Assembly: GCF_009914755.1 (NCBI RefSeq) | Contig: NC_060932.1 | From: the human T2T-CHM13v2.0 reference genome, Homo sapiens | Reading direction: 5' to 3' (one strand) | DNA length: 64,000 bases | Shown: one piece after another, positions 1 through 20,755 of the stretch | Layout: each line of letters opens with the position of its first letter | Position numbering within the stretch: position 1 is the first letter of the stretch | The notes under the pieces: model-generated | Databases searched by the model: none | Seen by the model: the letters and a program-made list of their open reading frames with translations, nothing else | What the model was told of the DNA's origin: nothing | Position numbers and translations under genes: made by a program

Positions 1-269
1 GACTATAAGGTTGTTGGAGATTATAAATTAGGGTAGGAAATAGAGGTTGAACAGTCCTGTCATAGAATGTACAGAAGGTAGTCTGGATGTTTTTTTCTCC
101 AGTGGTTTTGTCATTTATTGTATAGTGTAAATTTATAAATATTTTTGTATTTTATTATTTGGTAATTTTAAAAATTTGCAATAAATATTTCAGCAGCAAG
201 ATGCTAAAAATGAAAATGCATTTTTACTCATGAATGTGTAACTTGTACAAATTTTTTGTTGACATTTGC

Positions 270-288
270 TGTCCACTAGGGGGCTAGT
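270..288 (+). promoter_or_regulatory. CTCF-like binding motif
   Basis: TGTCCACTAGGGGGCTAGT; the core CCACTAGGGGGC matches the CTCF consensus (CCASYAGRKGGC) and is an isolated GC patch in AT-rich DNA. Confidence 0.7.
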
Positions 289-692
289 AGTCACAGAATA
301 CATCCTTGCAAAAAGAAAAAAATAAACCTGTTGAAGAAGCAACATCAATTTCAAAAGTTAGTAGAATTATTTTAAGAAAACCCAACGATGACAAAGATGG
401 GCAAAGTGCATTTTATAAGTTAGCTGTGAAGCATGACTTTTCCTTTAGATTAAACAGCTGTTCTTTTTAATTTTAGTCAATTTCAGTTCCAAGTTGTGTG
501 TGCACATGTGTGTGCAATCAAAAAGTAAATCATTGGCTTCATTAACAGAAGAACTTTACTATATTAGTAAGTGTTGACATTTTAAAAGGCATTTTAAAAC
601 CAATGCTTTTCAACACTAAGACATTTAGATTTTCTCTACAAAAGCAAGGGAAGAATTGAACACATTAAACAAATTTCATTATGCAACAGTCA

Positions 693-785
693 TGTGTATC
701 TTCTTCATCAGTGTATTCCTAGCACCTCACACAGTAATTGATACATAGTGGTGCTCATTAAATAGTTGTTGAAAGACTGAATGAG
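693..785 (+). mobile_element. L2 3' end fragment
   Basis: tgtattcctagcacctcacacag...acatagtggtgctcattaaatagttgttgaa...tgaatga, typical of the L2 3' terminus. Confidence 0.65.
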
Positions 786-1457
786 TAGATAAGTAAAAAA
801 GCTTAAGAAAAAAGGAGAAAGAATTATAAGAAAAAAGGAGGAAGAATTAAAAGGACAGAACCCCAGGAAAAGAATGAAGAGAGACCTTACAAACAGAGTT
901 ACGGACTCAAATGCTATGAACTCTATCCCAGTATCTTGCCTCTTTTTTTCAGTATATCTATTCTTTTGTGTCTTTCCAAAACATTTTCACTGGTCAGCTG
1001 TTCTACATGGAATGAAAAATGATCATCAATAGAAATTTCTGAATAAATGAATGAAAGGAGTTTTGTACTGGCTTTCATATTGAAAATCAGTACATTATTG
1101 GCATATGTATCATATATCCTGCTTGGGAATTAAGATAACTTATATAAAAGCTATTTTATTTAAGTAAAAAGCTATTTTATTTATTTTGGTGATGAAAATA
1201 CAGTTGAGGTCTAAGATAGCATATAGTTGAACAGTGCTTTATGCTAATTAGGGTTGATATAGACAGAAAATAAATATAAATTCTGCCATTTGAAAGCTGT
1301 TAAAATATTTCATCATTTGATTTCATAATGGTATGCATATAAAAGTATTTTAAAATGGGCTGTATGCATTTTGATCTGACATTGGTTATCAAAATTGATT
1401 TGTGGACCATAAAAAAAATCCACTCTTAAAAAGATAAAAATAGAATTTTGTTTCATG

Positions 1458-1530
1458 CTGGGTATGAAATTGGGTATAAACTGGGTACAAAATTGGGTAT
1501 AAACTGGGTACAAAATTGGGTATAAACTGG
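1458..1530. repeat. 23-bp tandem repeat, about 3 copies
   Basis: Unit CTGGGTACAAAATTGGGTATAAA, itself built from 12+11-bp related halves. Confidence 0.9.
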
Positions 1531-1721
1531 CTACAAAGACAAGAGTAACAACTTCGGAACTCAATCATAGCATATAATTTTAAGTTATCTTTTCTTTGCT
1601 GACATTTAAAAATGTCAAAACTTGCTATGACTTTGACATTTTTAAAAAGTTTGTTACTTTTCTTCATAGGTTAGAAGTAAAAAAATGGAGTGACATGAAA
1701 AGTACACATTTATGTATTTTT

Positions 1722-3662
1722 GATTTTTTATTGATGTATAATACATATACATATTTTGGGGATACATAGGATATTTTGACACATTCATATAATATGTAAA
1801 GACCAAATCAAGGTAGTTGGGATATCCATTACCTAAATATCTTATCTTTATGCTGGTAATATTCAAATTTTTCTCTTCTGGCTATTTTGAAATGTACAAT
1901 AGATTATTGTTAACTAGTATCATCCTACTGATCTATCAAACACTAGGTCTTATTTCTATCTAATTGTATATTTGTATCCATTTATCAACCTCCTTATGCT
2001 CCTTCCCTCTGCCCTTTCTGGCCTCTGGTAACCATCAATCTACTTTCTAGAGATCTTCATGAGATCCACTTTTGTAGTTCCTACATGAGTGAGAACATGT
2101 AATATTTGGTCTTCTGTGCTTGGCTTATTTCACTTAACATAATGACCTCCAGTTCCATCCATGTTGCTGCAAATGACAGGATTTCATTCTTTTTATGGCC
2201 AAATAATATTCCATTCTATATATATGTCACATTATCTGTTTATCCATTGATAGGCATTTAGGTTGATTTTATATTTTGGCTATTGTGAATAGTGCTGCAT
2301 TAAACATGGGAGTGCAGATATCTCTTTAATACATTAATTTCATTTCTTTTGGATGTATACTCAGTAGTGCAGTTGCTGGATCATATGATAGTTCTATTTT
2401 TAGTTTTTTGAGGAACCGCCAAACTCTTCTCCATAGTGGCTATACTAATTTATGTCCCCACCAAGTGTATGAGAGTTCTCCTTTTTCCACATCCTCACCA
2501 GTATCCCTTATCCTTGTCTTTTTGAAGAAGTCATTTTAACTGGGGTGAGAAGATATCTCATTGTGATTTGATTTGCATTTCTCTGATTATTAGTGATGTT
2601 GAACATTTTTCATATACCTGTTGGTCATTTGTATGTTTTCCTCTGAGAAATGTCTGTTCAGATCTTTTGCCCACTTTTAAATTGGATTAGTTGGTTTTTT
2701 GCTACTGAGTTGTTTGAGCTCTTTATATATTCTGGTTATCAATTCCTTGCTACATGGATAGTTTGCAAATATTTTCTGCCATTATATGGGTTGTCTCTTC
2801 ATTTTGTTTATTGTTTTCTTTTCTGTGCAGAAGCTTTTAAGCTTGATAGAATCCCATTTGTCTGTTTTTGCTTTGGCTGCCTGTGATTTTGAGGCCTTAT
2901 TCAAAATCTTTGCCCAGATCTATGTCCTGGAACATTTTCCCAATGTTTTCTTCTAGTAATTTCACAGTTTTGGGTCTTCAATATAAGTTTTTAATCCATC
3001 TTGATTTGATTTTTTTATATGGTGAAAGATAGGATTCTAGTTTCATTCTTCTGTATATGAATATCCAGTTTTCCCAGCACAGTGTATTGAAAAGACTATC
3101 CTTTCACCCTATGAATGTTCTTGGTGCCTTTGTTGAAAATGAGTTGGCTATCGAATACTATGCAGCCATAAAAAAGGATGAGTTCATGTCCTTTGTAGGG
3201 TCATGGATGAAGCTGGAAACCATCATTCTGAGCAAACTATTGCAAAGACAGAAAACCAAACACCGCATGTTCTCACTCATAGGTGGGAATTGAACAATGA
3301 GAACACCTGGACACAGGGTGGGGAGCACCACACACTAGGGCCTGTCATGGGGTGGGGGGAGGGGGGAGGGATAGCATTAGGAGATATACCTAATGTAAAT
3401 GACGAGTTAATGGGTGCAGCACACCAACATGGCACATATATACATACGTAACAAACCTGCACATTGTGCACATGTACCCTAAAACTTAAGGTATAATTAA
3501 AAAAAAAAAAGAAAGAAAGTGAGTTGGCTATAAATGCATGGGTTTATGTCTGGATTCTCTATTCTGTTTCATTGGTCTATGTGTCTGTTTTTATGCCAGT
3601 ACCATACTGATTTGGTTACCATAGCTTTGTAGTACATTTTGAAGTTAGGTAGTGTGAGGCCT
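1722..3662 (-). mobile_element. Old L1MA-type element, 3' UTR and ORF2 end (interrupted by a younger L1)
   Basis: Antisense L1 3' UTR/ORF2 motifs (atgagtgagaacatg, tccatccatgttgctgcaaatgacagg, tgctggatcatatg, ctgtgcagaagctttt). Confidence 0.85.
3152..3514 (+). mobile_element. 5'-truncated L1PA5-like insertion with TSD
   Basis: ORF2 C-terminus EYYAAIKKDEFMSF...SLIGGN, G-rich 3' UTR and poly(A); TSD gaaaatgagttggctat (3135-3151) / gaaagtgagttggctat (3515-3531). Confidence 0.93.
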
Positions 3663-3716
3663 CTAACATCCCTTGAAATTATCAGATGAATTTCTCTTGA
3701 AATTATCAGATGAATT

Positions 3717-4990
3717 GGAGTCCTTTATATGTTACTTGCTTCTTTCTTCTAGCTGCTTTTAGGATCCTCTCTTTATCCTTTACCTTTGAGGATTTGATTA
3801 TTAGATGACTTGAGTTAGTATTATTTGGGTCGAATCTCTTTGATATTCTCTGACCTTCCTCTACCTGGATATTTATGTATTTCTCAAGTTTTGGAAAAAT
3901 TTCAACATTATTTCTTTGAAGCTTTTACCTTTTGCTCTTGTTCAACTCCCTCTTAGACACAAATAATTCTTAGATTTGGTCTTTTCTGGTAATATTCTAT
4001 TTCATGTAGATCATCTTCATATTTTTCATTGTTTTTCTTCTTTCTCCTCTGATCGTATTTTCAAATGCTTGTCTTCAAGCTCTCCGATTCTTTCCTCTGC
4101 TTGATCCATTCTGTTGTTGAGAGCCTCTAATGATTTTTTTCAGTTCAGCCAATGTATTTCTCAGTTGCAAGATTTTTGTTTTTTAAAAATTATTTTAATA
4201 TTGTTGCTAAATTTCTCAGATGAATTCCTGAATTGCTTTCTGTGTTAACTTGGAGATCACTGAATTTCCTTAAAACTGCTATTTTTTTATGTGAGAGAGC
4301 TCACATATCACTCTCTCAGTGGCATCAGTAGCTGGTTCCTTGGTTTGTCCATTTGGAGAGATAATGGTTTCCTGTTTGCTATTGCTTCTTGGGGATGTCT
4401 TTCTATGTCTTTGCATTGAAAGGTTATTTATTCCAATCTTCCCTGTCTGGCTTGTTTTGTTTTTTACTTGACTTGTTTTCTTAGAGATTCTTTTTAGTTT
4501 ACCTGTTGATTTTTTTTTTCTAGGTTGCTGCCTTCTTTTTGTTGCTGGATGGTACCTTAAGCCAAAGTTTGCCTGGCTGTAGTAAATGATTGGGTTGCTG
4601 CCCATACTGAATGGGAAAAGTCCAAAGGGGATATTCTGGCAGTGTTGGGAGGCTGGCCAGGGGCTCATGCCCAGGGGATCTATGGAATATACCTCCTGTA
4701 GCATGGTGCTGTGGAATAGCCCCTCTGATTTGGCATCTCCTTTGATTGAGTTAAGGAACAGTTTCCAGGACTGAGATCCAGTGTAGAAACTGTGAGTTGG
4801 GGGAAGTATTCCACACACTTCGTGGTGGGCAGATTATGGGGAAAGGCATCAAATACCTTACAGCTTGCCTGGAGTTTTTTCACTTCTTTGTGGCCCTGAG
4901 AACTGTCTCTTCCTCACGTTTGAATTCTGGGATATTGCTGATGATAAATTGGTGCTGTATATTTGTTTTCCATTTTCTGTGGGGGTGGAG
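3717..4990 (-). mobile_element. Old L1M ORF1/5' region fragment
   Basis: Antisense ORF1-like sequence; minus-strand ORF 4279-4818 ends in an L1 ORF1-like N-terminal peptide (KQETIISPNGQTKEP...ICELS). Confidence 0.65.
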
Positions 4991-5276
4991 GGAGTGAAGC
5001 CAGCTTGGTTCTTTGTCATTTTGGAACTGGAACAAAAGTATATATTTTTAGTAAAGTTAAAATTATTTTTTCATCAGCAAGTGTTAAAAGTTATTTTGTT
5101 CAAAATGACTTAGTATTGTTGCTATAGAGATGGCTTTGATAGGTACTTGAAAAAGTTACTACGCTTATTTTAAAAAACGGTTCAAAATCTTGTTTCCATA
5201 ATTACTCAAACTTTTTGATTTGCATGTTCTCTTTGAATGTGTTTTGGAGTAAATTTTAAGACTCCTCAGTTCTTGA

Positions 5277-5724
<448 letters not shown>

Positions 5725-5799
5725 TAACACGGTTACTATTTTTGTTTGAGTGTGTATTTTTATAGACACTGTCTGCAAATATAAGAATATATACGTACA

Positions 5800-6026
5800 C
5801 TATATATATATTTCTTTGAAGTGATACCATACTATATATTGTATTTCCTTATCTTTCTTTTTTAATTTAGCAGCATATGTTGGAAATCTTTCTTTACCAG
5901 TGCATAGTGAGTGTTCTTCTTCATAATTTTAGTGTATGTGTCATATTTGTTTAGTCTGTAATGATGAACAGTTAGATTATTACAACATTTTTTTGCTATT
6001 ACAAATGCTATCATGATACATAAATC

Positions 6027-6066
<40 letters not shown>

Positions 6067-6490
6067 ACAGTTTTGCAAAATAGTAAATCTGTAAGATAAA
6101 GGAAAATTCCTAGAAGTACAATCACTTGGTTAAAGAATGTATGCAGTTTTAAGTTTTTGTAGTCATTGCGATATGACCCACTAGAAAGGATGTACAAAGT
6201 TACACTTCTATCAGCAGGTATTAGGGTTTTAGTTTCTAATTCATTAGCCAACACAATATTATACATCTTTACCAGTGCAATAGGTGAAAAATGTTACTGC
6301 ATTATAGTTCTAATTTTTCTTTTTTTATCATAAGTGAGTCAAACTGAGCATTTCTGTCTATGTTTAAGAGTAGTTTTTTCTTTTAAAACTCTGTTTATAT
6401 CTTCTTCCATTTTTCCATTGAGTTTTTGGTCTTTATTTACATGGATTTTTAGCATCTCCATTTATATTATAGAAAATAACTCTTTGTGGA
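5800..6490 (-). mobile_element. Ancient L1ME fragment containing a (GT)17 microsatellite at 6029-6062
   Basis: Degenerate antisense L1M 3' motifs (tgatgaacagttagattat, aaattcctagaagt, aataggtgaaaaatg). Confidence 0.6.
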
Positions 6491-7082
6491 ATGGACTGTA
6501 TGTTAGTTTTCTATATCTGTATAATGAATGACCACAAACTTAGAGGCTTATAAAAACATACTTTTTAAATTTCAGTTTGTGTAGGTCAAGATTAGGGTAC
6601 AAGCTAGCTTAGCTGGGTCTTCCCCTTAGGATCTCTGGAGGCTGAAATCAAGGTGTTGCCTGAGGCTGAGATCTCATCTCACGCTCAGGGTCCTCTTCAA
6701 AGCTCCCTGGTTGTTGACAGAATTCACTGCCTTGCAATTGTATGGTTGTTGACAGAATTCACTGCCTTGCACTTGTATGACATGCCCTCAGCCCTTAGGG
6801 GCTACCCAGTGTTCCCTACCAGGTGGCCTTCTCCTTAGCATAGCAGTTTGTTTTTTCTTTTCTTTTTTTTTTTTTTTATTATACTTTAAGTTTTAGGGTA
6901 CATGTGCACATTGTGCAGGTTAGTTACATATGTATACATGTGCCATGCTGGTGCGCTGCACCCACTAACTCGTCATCTAGCATTAGGTATATCTCCCAAT
7001 GCTATCCCTCCCCCCTCACCCCACCCCACAACAGTCCCCAGAGTGTGATATTCCCCTTCATGTGTCCATGTGATCTCATTGT

Positions 7083-10907
<3,825 letters not shown>

Positions 10908-10970
10908 TATGATGTTAGCTGGTTATTTTGCTCGTTAGTTGATGCAGTTTCTTCCTAGTCTCGATGGTCT

Positions 10971-11986
10971 TTACATTTTGGCATGATTTTGCAGCAGCTG
11001 GTACCGGTTGTTCCTTTCCATGTTTAGCGCTTCCTTCAGGAGCTCTTTTAGGGCAGGCCTGGTGGTGACAAAATCTCTCAGCATTTGCTTGTCTGTAAAG
11101 TATTTTATTTCTCCTTCGCTTATGAAGCTTAGTTTGGCTGGATATGAAATTCTGGGTTGAAAATTCTTTTCTTTAAGAATGTTGAATATTGGCCCCTACT
11201 CTCTTCTTGCTTGTAGGGTTTCTGCCGAGAGATCTGCTGTTAGTCTGATGGGCTTCCCTTTGAGGGTAACCCGACCTTTCTCTCTGGCTGCCCTTAACAT
11301 TTTTTCCTTCATTTCTACTTTGGTGAATCTGACAATTATGTTCTTGGAGTTGCTCTTCTCAAGGAGTATCTTTGTGGCGTTCTCTGTATTTCCTGAATCT
11401 GAACGTTGGCCTGCCTTGCTAGATCGGGGAAGTTCTCCTGGATAATATCCTGCAGAGTGTTTTCCAACTTGGTTCCATTCTCCCCATCACTTTCAGGTAC
11501 ACCAATCAGACGTAGATTTGGTCTTTTCACATAGTCCCATACTTCTTGGAGGCTTTGCTCATTTCTTTTTATTCTTTTTTCTCTAAACTTCCCTTCTCAC
11601 TTCATTTCATTCATTTCATCTTCCATTGCTGATACCCTTTCTTCCAGTTGATCGCATTGGCTCCTGAGGCTTCTGCATTCTTCACGTAGTTCTCGAGCCT
11701 TGGTTTTCAGCTCCATCAGCCCCTTTAAGCACTTCTCTGTATTGGTTATTCTAGTTATACATTCTTCTAAATTTTTTTCAAAGTTTTCAACTTCTTTGCC
11801 TTTGGTTTGAATGTCCTCCCATAGCTCAGAGTAATTTGATCGTCTGAAGCTTTCTTCTCTCAGCTCGTCAAAGTCATTCTCCATCCAGCTTTGTTCCGTT
11901 GCTGGTGAGGAACTGCATTTCTTTGGAGGAGGAGAGGCACTCTGCTTTTTAGAGTTTCCAGTTTTTCTGTTCTGTTTTTTCCCCAT
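10971..11986 (-). pseudogene. L1 ORF1 (RNA-binding chaperone), disrupted
   Basis: MGKKQNRKTGNSK... start; CGA>TGA stop at 11597-11599; 1-bp deletion frameshift near 11340. Confidence 0.93.
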
Positions 11987-12891
11987 CTTTGTGGTTTTAT
12001 CTACTTTTGGTCTTTGATGATGGTGATGTACAGATGGGTTTTTGGTGTGGATGTCCTTTCTGTTTGTTAGTTTTCCTTCTAACAGACAGGACCCTCAGCT
12101 GCAGGTCTGTTGGAATACCCTGCTGTGTGAGGTGTCAGTGTGCCCCTGCTGGGGGGTGCCTCCCAGTTAGGCTGCTCGGGGGTCAGGGGTCAGGGACCCA
12201 CTCGAGGAGACAGTTTGCCCGTTCTCAGATCTCCAGCTGCGTGCTGGGAGAACCACTGCTCTCTTCAAAGCTGTCAGACAGGGACATTTAAGTCTGCAGA
12301 GGTTACTGCTGTCTTTTTGTTTGTCTGTGCCCTGCCCCCAGAGGTGGAGCCTACAGAGGCAGGCAGGCCTCCTTGAGCTGTGGTGGGCTCCACCCAGTTG
12401 GAGCTTGCTGGCTGCTTTGTTTATCTAAGCAAGCCTGGGCAATGGCGGGCGCCCCTCCCCCAGCCTCGCCGCCGCCTTGCAGTTTGATCTCAGACTGCTG
12501 TGCTAGCAATCAGCGAGACTCCGTGGGCGTTGGACCCTCTGAGCCAGGTGCGGGATATAATCTCGTGGTGCGCCGTTTTTTAAGCCCTTCGGAAAAGCGC
12601 AGTATTCGGGTGGGAGTGACCCGATTTTCCAGGTGCCGTCCGTCACCCCTTTCTTTGACTCGGAAAGGGAACTCCCTGACCCATTGCGCTTCCCAAGGGA
12701 GGCAATGCCTCGCCCTGCTTCGGCTCGTGCACGGTGCGCGCACCCACTGACCTGCGCCCACTGTCTGGCACTCCCTAGTGAGATGAACCCGGTACCTCAG
12801 ATGGAAATGCAGAAATCACCGTCTTTTGTGTCGCTCTCGCTGGGAGCTGTAGACCGGAGCTGTTCCTATTCGGCCATCTTGGCTCCTCCCC
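11987..12891. promoter_or_regulatory. L1 5' UTR: sense and antisense promoters, CpG-rich, intact YY1 site
   Basis: CAAGATGGCCG on the minus strand at 12871-12881; many CpGs retained in 12440-12880. Confidence 0.85.
12442..12750 (+). CDS. L1 ORF0 (antisense ORF), 102-aa extended form
   Basis: MAGAPPPASPPPCSLISDCCASNQRDSVGVGPSEPG... matches primate L1 ORF0; internal donors CAG|GTGCGG (12548) and CAG|GTGCCG (12633) are retained. Confidence 0.7.
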   Translation: MAGAPPPASPPPCSLISDCCASNQRDSVGVGPSEPGAGYNLVVRRFLSPSEKRSIRVGVTRFSRCRPSPLSLTRKGNSLTHCASQGRQCLALLRLVHGARTH

Positions 12892-13344
12892 AGCAGTTTG
12901 TTTTTTCAAAGCCAGTAGAGGGTGTCTATGCTGTTTGGGATCTCTCTGACTTCTGTCTCTGACCTCAAAACTCTCTTTTAAAGGGCTAACATGATTTATC
13001 AGACGCACCTAGGGCCTGATAAAATTAATTTCCCTTTTGATTAGTTTAAAGTCAACCAAGGAGGGACCTTAATCACATCTGCAAAATCACCTCACTTTGT
13101 CATATAATGTAACCTAATAATGGGAGTGATATCTCATCATATTCACAGATCCTGCCAACATTCAAGGGGAGGGATGATGACCAGGGTGTGTACACCAGGT
13201 GGCAAGATTTGTAGGAGCCAGGTTAGAATTCTGCTCACTTCAGATTGCAAATACTTTTCCCCAGTTTATTATCTTTTGACTTTGCTTATATTATTCTTTT
13301 TACCAATGCATAAAAATAAACATATATTATGATGGATTGTACTC

Positions 13345-13655
13345 TTTTTTTTTTTTTTTTTTTTTTGAGACAGGGTCAGGCTTTGTTGCCCAGGCTGGAG
13401 GACGGTAGCACAGTCATGCTCACAGCAGCCTCAACCTCCCAGGCTGTAGCAATTCTTCCTCCTCAGCGTCCCAAATAGCTGGGACTACAAGTGTGTGCTA
13501 CCATGTCCAGATATTTTTTTCTATTTTTAAACTCTTAGTAGAGATGGCATCTCTCTAGCCTGTTTAGGCCGATCTCAAACTCCTGAGCTCAAGTGATCCT
13601 CCTGCCTTGGCTTCCCAAAGTGGTGGGATTACAGGTATGAGCCACCCTGCCCAGC
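13345..13655 (-). mobile_element. AluJ
   Basis: Poly(T), gagacagggtc..., ctcctgagctcaagtgatcctcctgcc. Confidence 0.9.
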
Positions 13656-13684
13656 ATGTGTTTTTCTTTTATGGCTCTTGATTT

Positions 13685-14340
13685 ATTTATTTGTAATGGA
13701 GATATAATTCATGTGTCATAAAATTAACCCTTACAAATGTACACCTAAGTGGTGTTTAGTTTAATTTTGAAGTTGTCCAACTATTACGACTATCTAATTC
13801 CAGAATATTTCCATAAACCCTGGAAAACTTGTGCCCATTAGCAGTCACTTGTCATTCTTCTCTTTCCTCAGTCCTCTGGCAACCACTAATCTACTTTATG
13901 TCTCTGGAGTTGCCTATTCTGGACATTTCATAAAAATAGTATCATGCAATTATGTAGCCTTTTGTTACTGGCTCTTTCAGTTAGCATAATGTTTTCAAAG
14001 TTCATTGATTATATAGCATGAATCAATAATTCATTCCTTTTTATGATGGAATATTTCATTGTATGTTTATACCACATTTCTTTTATTCATCAGTTGATGG
14101 ACATTTGAGTTTCTCCTTTTTAGCCTTATGAATAATGCTATTATAGACATTTGTGTGTAACTTTTTGTGTGGACATATGTTTTTAATTCTCTTGTCTGTA
14201 TTTTTATTATAATCATTCCAGGGAGTATGAAGTGGTTTTTATTTGTATTTCCCTAATGACCAGTGATGTTGAGCATCTTTTCTTGTGTTCAATGGCTATT
14301 TATATATCTTCTTTGGAGAAATATCAAATCAAATCCTTTG
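13685..14340 (-). mobile_element. L1MB 3' fragment
   Basis: gagatataattca...ggcaaccactaatctacttt...ttgcctattctggacatttcata. Confidence 0.8.
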
Positions 14341-14478
14341 TTGGGGTTATATTTAAAAGGCCCTTTCTTCTTCACTAAGATTAATACATATTTCTGTTAT
14401 TGTAATACTGTTATGATTTTATGTTTACATTGTAAAAAATGGATCTATCCAACATTTATTAAAGTATGGTGTTAGGTG

Positions 14479-19190
<4,712 letters not shown>

Positions 19191-19236
19191 AAGAAGTACA
19201 AAGAAAAAAAAGAGGATAAGCCTGTATTTATCGTTT

Positions 19237-19255
19237 TTCCCACCAGATGGCGAAC
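19237..19255 (+). promoter_or_regulatory. CTCF-like binding motif
   Basis: TTCCCACCAGATGGCGAAC, core CCACCAGATGGCG, with nearby retained CpGs. Confidence 0.65.
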
Positions 19256-20264
19256 ATGCGTCCTAAAAGCAAAAGATACACAATTCTCTGATTTTTCCAC
19301 CTGAACTAGTTGCAGAGCTTGTTTAGTTGACATTTGAGATTGTAGAAAACAAGCCTTCACATGTATCGCTGCCTTTCATATTCAAATATGATATTTATTC
19401 CCAAATATTTATCTCAGTTCTGAGATTTCCAAGTACTAGACTTGTATTTACAACTCCAAGTTCTATAATCTTACCTTGTGTTCCACAAATATTTCAAAAT
19501 CGAGACATTTAAAATGTAAGTATATACTTCCTCCGAAAGTAGCAGCTCCTTTGTCATCCCCTAGCCCATCTTATTGCACCATCAATCATTCTTATGGCCA
19601 TTTAAAGATACTTAGGTATCATTTTTCTAATCTTCCTCTTGATTTTATAATATGTACATATTTATGATTTTGATTAATTTCATCCCCTTCCCCATCAACT
19701 CCCCACAATATGTTTTTCTTCCTTTCTGGCCTCCTGCTTTTCAACTTTATTTACTGCTCTCCATTTTCTACTTGGTTTCCTGAAACGTGATATTAAAGTG
19801 TAGATATGAAGTCATTAAATTGCTAACTTTTGATGCTTTCTCATTTTGGACTTAAAGTTCAAATTCTTAACTTTATAAGAGAAATGAACATTTACTGAGT
19901 ACCTACAATGTTCTAGACTTTGTGAGAAAAATTTAATGCATGTAATTTTAATTCCCATAAAAATGTTATAAAGTGCTATTTAAGATATCCTTTTATACAA
20001 AAATAATTTTAACATACCAAAATTAGAGGTAGATTTTCCAGTGGAACATAGGTTTTTCTAACTCAAAAGCCTGTTATGCCCTCTTTTGAGACTCACTATT
20101 ATTTATCTTTTCTTACCTCATCTCACACCACTTTTTTTCCTTTCCCCTATAATCTAGCCTCAGCAGATCACTAATGAATTTTTAAAAATCTTTCCTTCTT
20201 AAAATTTTAAGTATTTGCTCTGCTTTTCCTCTTATCTAGAATTCTATTCTAGCTATGTATGTGT

Positions 20265-20755
20265 GAATTCAACAAATATTTATTGAGTATTGATTGTGTG
20301 TCAGATTTCTAGATGCTTAGAGTATAGCTGTGAACAAATAGACAAAACTACTTTTTAGTTGGGAAAGACAAAGAAATAAGAAATAACTAGTATGTTGGAT
20401 AAGAGTGTAGCTTTAGGCCTGTGCATTTGGCTGTCCAGGTTGTGTGCAGCAGAACTCCAGGGGGCACAATTCACTCAGATGTGAGTGGTACAACTTGGAG
20501 TTCTGCACCTCTGAGGTCCCAGTGACAAGTGCTGTGGAGGAAGATAGTATAATAATACATGGGAGGAGGGAAAGGGATTTTTTGTGGGGAAACAGTTTAT
20601 AATTTTAAATAGGGTGTTAGGGAAGGCATTGCTTAAGATTTAGTTAAGACTTAAAGGAAGTGAAGAAGTAAGACGTGTGGATATCTGAGGGAAGAGCACT
20701 CTAGGCAGAGAAATAGCAAGTGCCAAGATTGTTAAGTGAGGGTGTGCCTTGGCAT
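20265..20755 (-). mobile_element. L2a fragment
   Basis: attcaacaaatatttattgag...gtgaacaaa...gacttaaaggaagtgaagaag...ggaagagcactctaggcagag. Confidence 0.75.
20414..20521. mobile_element. MER91-like palindromic hAT element with CTCF-like core
   Basis: gcagaactccagggggcacaattcac (20449-20474) pairs imperfectly with gtgagtggtacaacttggagttctgc (20481-20506). Confidence 0.65.

Noticed and set aside
1458-1530. CRISPR-like array
   Set aside because: No unique spacers, eukaryotic context, no cas genes
1313-1667. ORFs with repeating peptide (LYPILYPVYTQF)
   Set aside because: Translation of the 23-bp tandem repeat; no splice or coding signature
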